64,000 nucleotides of DNA, from assembly GCA_013265495.1 (NCBI GenBank), contig MU061814.1, positions 5,893,684 through 5,957,683 of the forward strand, given 5' to 3'. The notes under the pieces are model-generated. The model had not been told where the DNA came from. It ran no database searches and saw only the letters and a program-made list of their open reading frames with translations. Source of the stretch: Vicugna vicugna. Lineage: Eukaryota. The position numbers and the translations under genes were made by a program. Shown piece after piece: positions 56,842 through 64,000 of this stretch (position 1 is the stretch's first letter; the number at the start of each line of letters is the position of its first letter).

Positions 56842-56847
56842 TTTAAT
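56842..56847 (-). terminator. Probable GMEB2 polyadenylation signal (ATTAAA)
   Basis: tttaat on the + strand within an AT-rich patch about 1.95 kb after the GMEB2 stop. Confidence 0.5.
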
Positions 56848-58787
56848 TTTAAATCAAAGTACCAAGCAGATACTTGCAAAACAGCATACAAAGTAGAACT
56901 CAGATGCCTCCCGTCCCCAGGCTGCCTCTGAGCCCCTCAAATCGAAACCCAAGCACAGGACAGCCCCTGCTGCCAGGGCTGAAGGGGAGGAAGGGGCGGG
57001 TGCTGACAGTGAGATGGCCTGACCCCCAGAGCCGGTGGTCTCTCAGAGGACAGTGGGCCCCTCCCCACACCCTGGGGCTTGGGGCCCGCCAGGCACAGTG
57101 TCCGCGGGAGTGGCTCCGGGCACCTCCGAGCGGGCAGAGGTGCCATGAGGGGCTGCGAGTTGACTCTGAAGCCTCCGTGGCTTCCATCTGTATGGCTCTG
57201 AAATGAACTTTCCACCCAGTGCCCCACGGCCTGCAGGTGTGGGCGGCTTTTGAGGACACGGCAGGTCTGACTGGGACAAAGGTTCCAAGGACAAGACACC
57301 CAGTTTTGTTAGCGACACGGCCTGCCACAGTCTGAGCCAGACGCCCACGGGGCCCCACCGCTGCGTGTATCAGAGATGAGGCTGGAGGAGAAGCGCGTAA
57401 CAAACGAGGAAGTGACATCGCGCAGGAACCGGCGACCCATGACAACGGCCGGCCAAAAGTGACGAACAAGACAGCCTCAGTGCTTGATGTGGGGCGAGGG
57501 TGCTGAGGCGGGGTCCTGGGCCCCTGACGGACACAGGACGGATGGACGGAGCCCAGGTCCCTTCAAAGTGCAAGGCGGACAGTGGCTTCTCTCCGGGTCT
57601 CTGCAGGTGACAGGAGGCCCGGGGTGGCCGTGGGGACCCCCTGCTGCAGCAGCTTGAGGCAGGGCGGCCTCTGCCTGGTCTTCTCCTGAGTCCAAGATCA
57701 GAACTGCAGCTAGCCGGCTGGTCCACACAGCCTTCCGCGGGCATCTGGGCACCTGCTTTGCCCCGCGCTGGCCCCCAATGCCCTGGGGCACAGTGTCAGC
57801 CAACGGGGTGCAGCCCACCTCCAGGTGGCGACAAGGTCCCGGGGGCTGAGGCTGCCACACCGGCCCCAGCAGCACAGGCGCTCGTGGGCCCCCATCGAGG
57901 CACGTAAGCACTGGGTGTGGACCCGCTATCCCACGCCCGGCCCAGGACTGACGCCCAGGGCTCGCCCGCCAGCACTCCCTGGAGGCCGTCCCTGCAGCCC
58001 CTGTGGACAAAACACTCTGGAACCAGAGCAGACAGGGAAGCCTAGGCACTCAGCATCGCTTAGGCTGAAAACACTATAAATCTGACTCTTCCTAGAAGCC
58101 GACTAAGGAGTTCACTTAAAAACACCCACAGAGCGTGTGCAAGAGCCCGAGCCCTGAGCGTCTGCCGGGTGGTGGGGGGCGGTGCCCCACCCTGACCCGT
58201 GCTGCTCAGGCCCCTTGGCCCTCTGGCCAGGCGGGTGCCGGAGGTCTCATCCCGACTCCACAGCCCCTGAGCCACGACAGACCCGCTGACACCTGTTCCG
58301 GGGACGGGAGGACAGGGTGCTGGCCACACTAGCCCTACAGAAAACTGTGGGAAGAAACCAAATCCATAGGATCCATGAGTCTCCACACTTGGGGGCAGTT
58401 CCCAAGACACGTGCTAGCGACGGCCTCCCAGCCGGCGGGCAAGGGCTCTGCTCCCCGCTGCGCGCACGCCACCAGCCACACCTGGGCCTCCATGGCCTCC
58501 CCCGTGGGCTCCCGACCAGGGCCCAGTGTGTAAACAGTATTAATAAGCAACAAGTGGAAAAATATATTTCCCAAGAAAACAGGAGGAGGCTCGGGACTCG
58601 GAGACCATGTGCCAGGCCGTTGCAACGCCCCTTCCTCTCCTCACGTCTGTTTTGGCGTTTCCTCTCTTTGGTTCTGCAGCCCCACGTGGCCCCGTGGCCA
58701 CTGGGCGCTAGCGCCGAGCTCCCACCCGGCCGCAGCCTGAGAGGCGGCCAGCCCTGTGCCCGCGAGGGCCTCACCCTCCGCTGACAG

Positions 58788-61700
58788 CTACTTGTGCTCG
58801 TGGCCCTCTGCCATGGCGGCCACCTCGATGGTGGCTGTGTGCTCCTCGGGCCCCGGGGCGGCCACGGCACTCTCCATTGCCCCCGTGGGCACTGTCACGA
58901 TGGTGCTGCCCCCGGGTGACACCTGGGCCACGTTCTGCAGGGTGGGGCCCAGGCCGGGCAAGGTGAGCAGCTGCAGAGGGCTCACAACCTTGACCACAGT
59001 GCTGCCATCCTGCATGGCGGCCGTACTCAGGACCGTGAGGCTGGAGGCGTCCGGGTGAATCTCCACCGTGTTGGGGAAGGTGGTGCCTGAAGAGGCCAGT
59101 ACCGTGTAGCCCCCCAGCAGCGGCGAGGCGGGGGAGCCGGCCGGAGCAGCCTGGGGGGCAGCCTTGCCCAGCACGGGGGAGGGCAGGGTGGACACCACTT
59201 TGCCCAGGGGCACGCCGGCAAGCTGGGAGACGGGCACGCCCGGGGTCAAGGCGATAGGAGCAGACTGGGCAAGCACCTGCGAGGCGATGGCAGCCGGCCC
59301 AGACGTGGCCCTTGCAAGCCGGGGCCGCTTCACTGGGGGTGGCAGGGAGACGGGCGTCAGCGTCATGAGCACGTTGCTGAGGTGCTGGGACTTGTGCTTG
59401 AGCTCCTTGGCGCGGCGGCGGTGCTCGTCACACTGCTGCTCCAGGGCTGCGGGGACAGGGCGCGGAGTGACTGTGGGGAGAGGGGTGGGGGCGTGACTGG
59501 GGGGACGCGGACAGGGACAGGGTGCAGGCGTGATCACGGGGCCAGGGTGTCCTGGGGGGCAGCAGACCACACACAACCTGCCCTGACCAGGCCTGTGCGG
59601 ACTTGGTGTCTGACCGCCCCATCCCTACGGTGACACCCTGTCCTGTCCCCGCAATTCCCCTGCAGTGACGCTCTCTGAGGGCCAGTCTGATGGGGACCTG
59701 CCGCTCCACGGAAGCGTGAATGCGTCTGAGGCAGCACCTGCCAGCTGCCCGGCGTGGGGACAGCCTTCCCTGTCCTCTGTAATGCCTTCTGCCCTCCTAA
59801 TGTCTGTGTGGGAAGCTGCTCTCATGACGTGTTAAGACACGGAGATCACGACAGACACGTAACCTGCCTGCCTCACACACACCCACAGGCGTGTCCCCAG
59901 TTAGGCGCCCCAGGAGCAGGGAGGGAGGCACAGTCTTGCGGGTGAGCCGTGGGGCTGCAATGCATCCAGGGGTGGTCTGGCGAGGGTCGTCACGGTGTCA
60001 GCAAGCCGGGTGCCCCCAAAGCCCCCTTGGGAAGAGTGCTCCCATGCAGCGGTGCAAGGGCCCGCAGGGGAGACCAGCATACCTGCCAGGTCGCGGGCGT
60101 ACTGCTCCCGCGAGCGGTCCATCTGGCACTTGTGGCTGGCCAGCACCTTCTTCACCAGATCCAGCATGCCGAAGTTCTGCACGATGTTGTTGAGAAGGAC
60201 GGCGTCTGGTGGGGGGTGGGGGGTGCACACGGTAAGGACGCCGCCTGCAGCCGGCCTGGGGGGCACCGCGCAGCCCCGAGGCAAGGAAGGGCCTGGGGGG
60301 CGTGGGTTACCTGCCCCCCACCCCCCACCCCCCAAGCTGAGGTGGCTGGGCTCAGCTCTGAGCCGGGAGGAACAGGCTGCAACCATGGGCCCCCCACCCC
60401 GCGCAGAGCAGACACGGCCCCTCACCTCGGAGCTGCAAGGGAGGGTCCTGGACCCGCTGTTGCAGGCCCTTCATGGTCTCCAGCAGCTCCTGCTGGAACT
60501 CCTGGATGACCTCGTCCAGCAGGCCAGCATCCTTGAGCCCTCGCCAGAAGGCAAACGTGTCATCTGTGAGAGAAGGAGGGGCTCAGAGACGGGGGCCTGT
60601 ACCGGCAGCCCCCCGCAGGCTCAACCCCAGGGAGGAACAGAGAGCCGTCTGGAGGACGAAGCTCTGCGGGCAGCAGTGTCCCCGTGATGACAGGCGGGAG
60701 TCCGGTGGGTCGGCCAGGCGGGAGACGGCATTGAGCACGCCTCCAGACACTAGGACAGTTGCCAGTGCCCGGCCCCGGGCAGAGACCCCACAGGCCCGTG
60801 CCTCCACCGGGAGGGCTCTGCACGGCCTTGCCCCGGGGCCCTCCACCGAGAGAAGCTGCAGGAAGGGCCCCGTACCTCCGATGGCCGTGGTCCAGTCCCC
60901 AGGGTCCTCACAGGTCTCTATGGTGATGGTAGCGGGAGACCCGTTCACTGCAACCAAGACGGGACGGCGTGAGCCTCTCTTGCGATGGGCCGGCATCCCC
61001 CTCACTGCACCCCAGCTCGAGACTCTCCTTCATCCCATTTTCACAAAACTGCCGGACGTGCACGAGCGCGACAGAGGACTCACGTGCCTCGGGTTCTGGG
61101 CTCCCCCTTAGGCACACAGAGGAGCAGGCACGCCCCAACCCGCCAGTCTCCTCAACGCCCCGCCGCTCCTGTCATGCCGACAAGGAGCTGCTGCACCCGC
61201 CAGCCGGGGCCACAGGGTGGCCTTCCTGCCCAACCTGCTCTCAGGCCTGCGGCCTGGGGCCCTTTGCATCTGCCTCACCGACACCATCGTCCATTGGGGC
61301 CACTACCACGCTTCCATTTTTGTAAAGCCCCAGAAGTGGGACGTGGACCGCTGTATGCCACCCAGAGATTCACCTCTGACCCCGTCTCTGGCGTCTGCAG
61401 AGCCCTGGACACGGTTCGGATTTGGACACTTGGGGCTTAGAAATAAGCCCAGCAACACAATGTCCAGGTAGACTTTTTGGCCTCTCCCACAGCTGACGGC
61501 GGTCCTGCCAGGGGAGGCCAGATGCTGGGAGTAACTCTCCTAGTTTGGGCTCACAGGGAACCTTCACGCTACAAGTGAGTCTGCGTTCTGAGGACCCCAG
61601 CTGAAGAAACCACCACGTGGGTGAGTTTAAGAAAAGCAACAGACTCGTCCAAACCATCGCGGGATCACAGGGTTCAAAGAGCTAAATCCCAAACCCTCTA

Positions 61701-62953
61701 CCAGACACAGCACCTGAGGTGTGAGAACCCGGTCCCTTCCGAGAGGTGGGTCACCGCGGACGCCTTCTGTAAGGCAGAGCAGAGTCTGCACCCTGAGGAG
61801 GCCCTGTTCTTGCGGAAGCCACCAGCCCACCAGGAGTGGGATACGCATCTCCTGGTGTCTTCTGGGGTTGGGGCCTTGCCATGACCCAGCCCCACCCACA
61901 CTGCCTCGTGCAGTCCCAGGGGCCAGACCAGGACCCAGACCACTTGCAGACAGTGACCACTGGATGAGCAACGGGCCGACGAGGGCTAGGCCCCAAAGCC
62001 AGTAGCCTGCGTGTCCCTGGAAGGATGCCACGACGGGGCCACTGCCAGCCAGGCCGCCAGGCAGGGCGTAGCGACTGCACAGGGGATGAAACCCTGGCCT
62101 CACCTATGCCCCCGGGTCTCCCTCACCATCCTCCCAGGTACAGGGCAAGGCGCCTCAACCAACCACCGTCCAGTCTGCGATAAGGACGGCCCCTGGCCAC
62201 ACGGCAGCAGGCCCAGACTGGCCGTGGGGTCACAGTGCAGGGACACTGTGGCTCCCATCTTGGGAAGCATGGCCCCACCCAGTTCTCAGTGGGCAAAGCG
62301 AACAGGGGCCTCATTTCATTCCAACTGCAGTTTTAAAAAGAATCTCTACTCAAAACCCTGGAAGAAGTTCCAGGGAGTGTTTAGTCCTTCCACGCTTCAG
62401 AGCTACGGACACCACCACAAAAGAGTGTCACACATGCGTCAGCAAACGCAAGCGGCAGGGAACACTGAGCGGGAGCCTGGCCACGCAGGCCTGCGGCCCC
62501 AGGGCGAGGACGGAGGGCAGGCCGGGCGCTGCCCGTGTGGCCGGAGCGGGGCTGGGCCCTGGATGCTTGCCTGGTTCTTCTTTGTACACATCTCTACACA
62601 CGAACAACTGTATCTTACAATGAGAATGGCTTAAAAGGAGAGCGCGCTTCAACCTTCCCTGTGGAGGGAGCTGCCATTCAGCCAGACTTCCTCGGTGGGG
62701 AAGAAGGAGGTGGCCACTGACCCCTGGGGCCCAGAAGGGACAGTGAGTAGGTGGGGAGGCCCCGCTCAGGCTGGCAGCAAGGGCCCAGCACATACCATCG
62801 GCCGTGGCGGGTGTGAGAGGGATGTACTCGGCTGGCGTGGGGCTGCCCAGGGACGCACGGGCCCCTGAGAGGTCGATCTTGGTACTGCGGCAGGTGTTGG
62901 AGCAGACCCTGTCGTGCTGGTAGAAGTCCAGCTCTCCGGAGTCCATGATCTTC
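58788..62953 (-). CDS. GMEB2: Glucocorticoid modulatory element-binding protein 2, last five coding exons (5' part lies beyond the window)
   Basis: Exons 62953-62796 (RKIMDSGELDFYQHD), 60947-60876 (VNGSPATITIETCEDPGDW), 60563-60426, 60205-60083 (DAVLLNNIVQNFGML), 59446-58788 (ALEQQCDEHRRR...AAMAEGHEHK*). All GT-AG and phase-consistent. Confidence 0.97.
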
Positions 62954-64000
62954 CTGTGCAGGCGAGGGGACGAGAGCTTCATGGGGGGCCCAGGCGCAGC
63001 TGGACGGCCTATGTGACTGGACAAAGATGCCCCCCTCACCCCTGCCCACAGGCATGTGCTCAGATCCGTGGAAGGAATTGGGGGGCCTGACCTGGGCAGG
63101 TCCAGGGTGGCCTCTCCAACACCCCAGCCCAGCTCCCTCAGCCAGCCGCCCTGGCCATCTGCGTGGCTCTGTGGGAAGTGGGACCATAGTGGCTGGTGCC
63201 CGAGGGAGACACGAGGCTGTCCTGGAGGTGCAGTCAGCACTGTGGGGGCTGGGCAATCCCCCCCGATGCTCTGCTGCCTGCCGGCCCCAGGGACAGCCCC
63301 AGGGCTGACAAGGTGTGGATGACGGCAACCCTGCCCAGTGCACAGCTGGAGAGGTGGAAACCTTCCACCAGCACCCCGGCTCCTCACTGCCCAGAGGCTG
63401 CATCACGCCCGCACCTGCCCCGATGGCCTCCCTGGCCCTCCTCTGCAGCCTGGCCCAGAGGTCCTGGATTTAAGTCCAGTGTCTCAGCTCATCTGCCCTG
63501 AGCTGCCCTGGGGCTCCTGCCACCCTCAGCCTCTGCGCAGCGTGACTGCATATGGGTGGACACACTTCCCAACTGTGCTCTTTCAATGAAATGGCTGCGG
63601 CTAGGCCACCGAGACACTCAAGATTGGTGAGCAGCGCCTCGAGTGCAAGGCCCCGGGCCAACAGGAGGGCGCAGGGCGGCTGCTCCAGAGGGAAGCTGGA
63701 GTGGGGAGCTGCAGGGTGCCCAGGGTGTGCTCCCTGAGGGCAGAAGACAGCTGGGTGCCAAACATGCCTGCGGACGGCAAGAAGCCACTCCTCCCAAGAA
63801 CAAATGCACAAAGGAGAGGAGCAGAGCAGCCCCCCAGCTGGGCCGGGCCCCGTGAGAACCAGCAGCCCCGTGCACAGCCGCACAGAGGGCCCCGGTCAGA
63901 GGTCTGGCTCTGGCCGAAGAGGAAACGTTAACATGGGGAAACGAGGCGCTACTATTCCAGGGCCGTCCACTCAAAAGCTCAGTTTGTCCTCAGGCTTCTT

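Overview
GC-rich mammalian genomic DNA, probably camelid: two SINEs carry the camelid-type tail (moderate confidence, recognised from memory). Gene order matches human 20q13.33: PPDPF(+), PTK6(-), SRMS(-), FNDC11(+), HELZ2(-), GMEB2(-, 3' five coding exons only). PPDPF, PTK6, FNDC11 and the visible GMEB2 exons splice to clean, full-length ORFs. SRMS stays in frame but has two unusual deletions at the SH2 end and SH2-kinase linker. The main result is that HELZ2, an interferon-induced RNA helicase/RNB exoribonuclease, is a heavily decayed unitary pseudogene. It has many premature stops, frameshifts, destroyed splice sites and mutated catalytic residues, while its neighbours are intact, which argues against sequencing error. 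Upstream of it lies a cluster of LTR/ERV, L1 and SINE relics (45.2-55.2 kb). A 15-bp minisatellite spans a 338-N assembly gap. I found no novel multi-gene system. Comparisons to human proteins and repeat families are from memory and were not computed.
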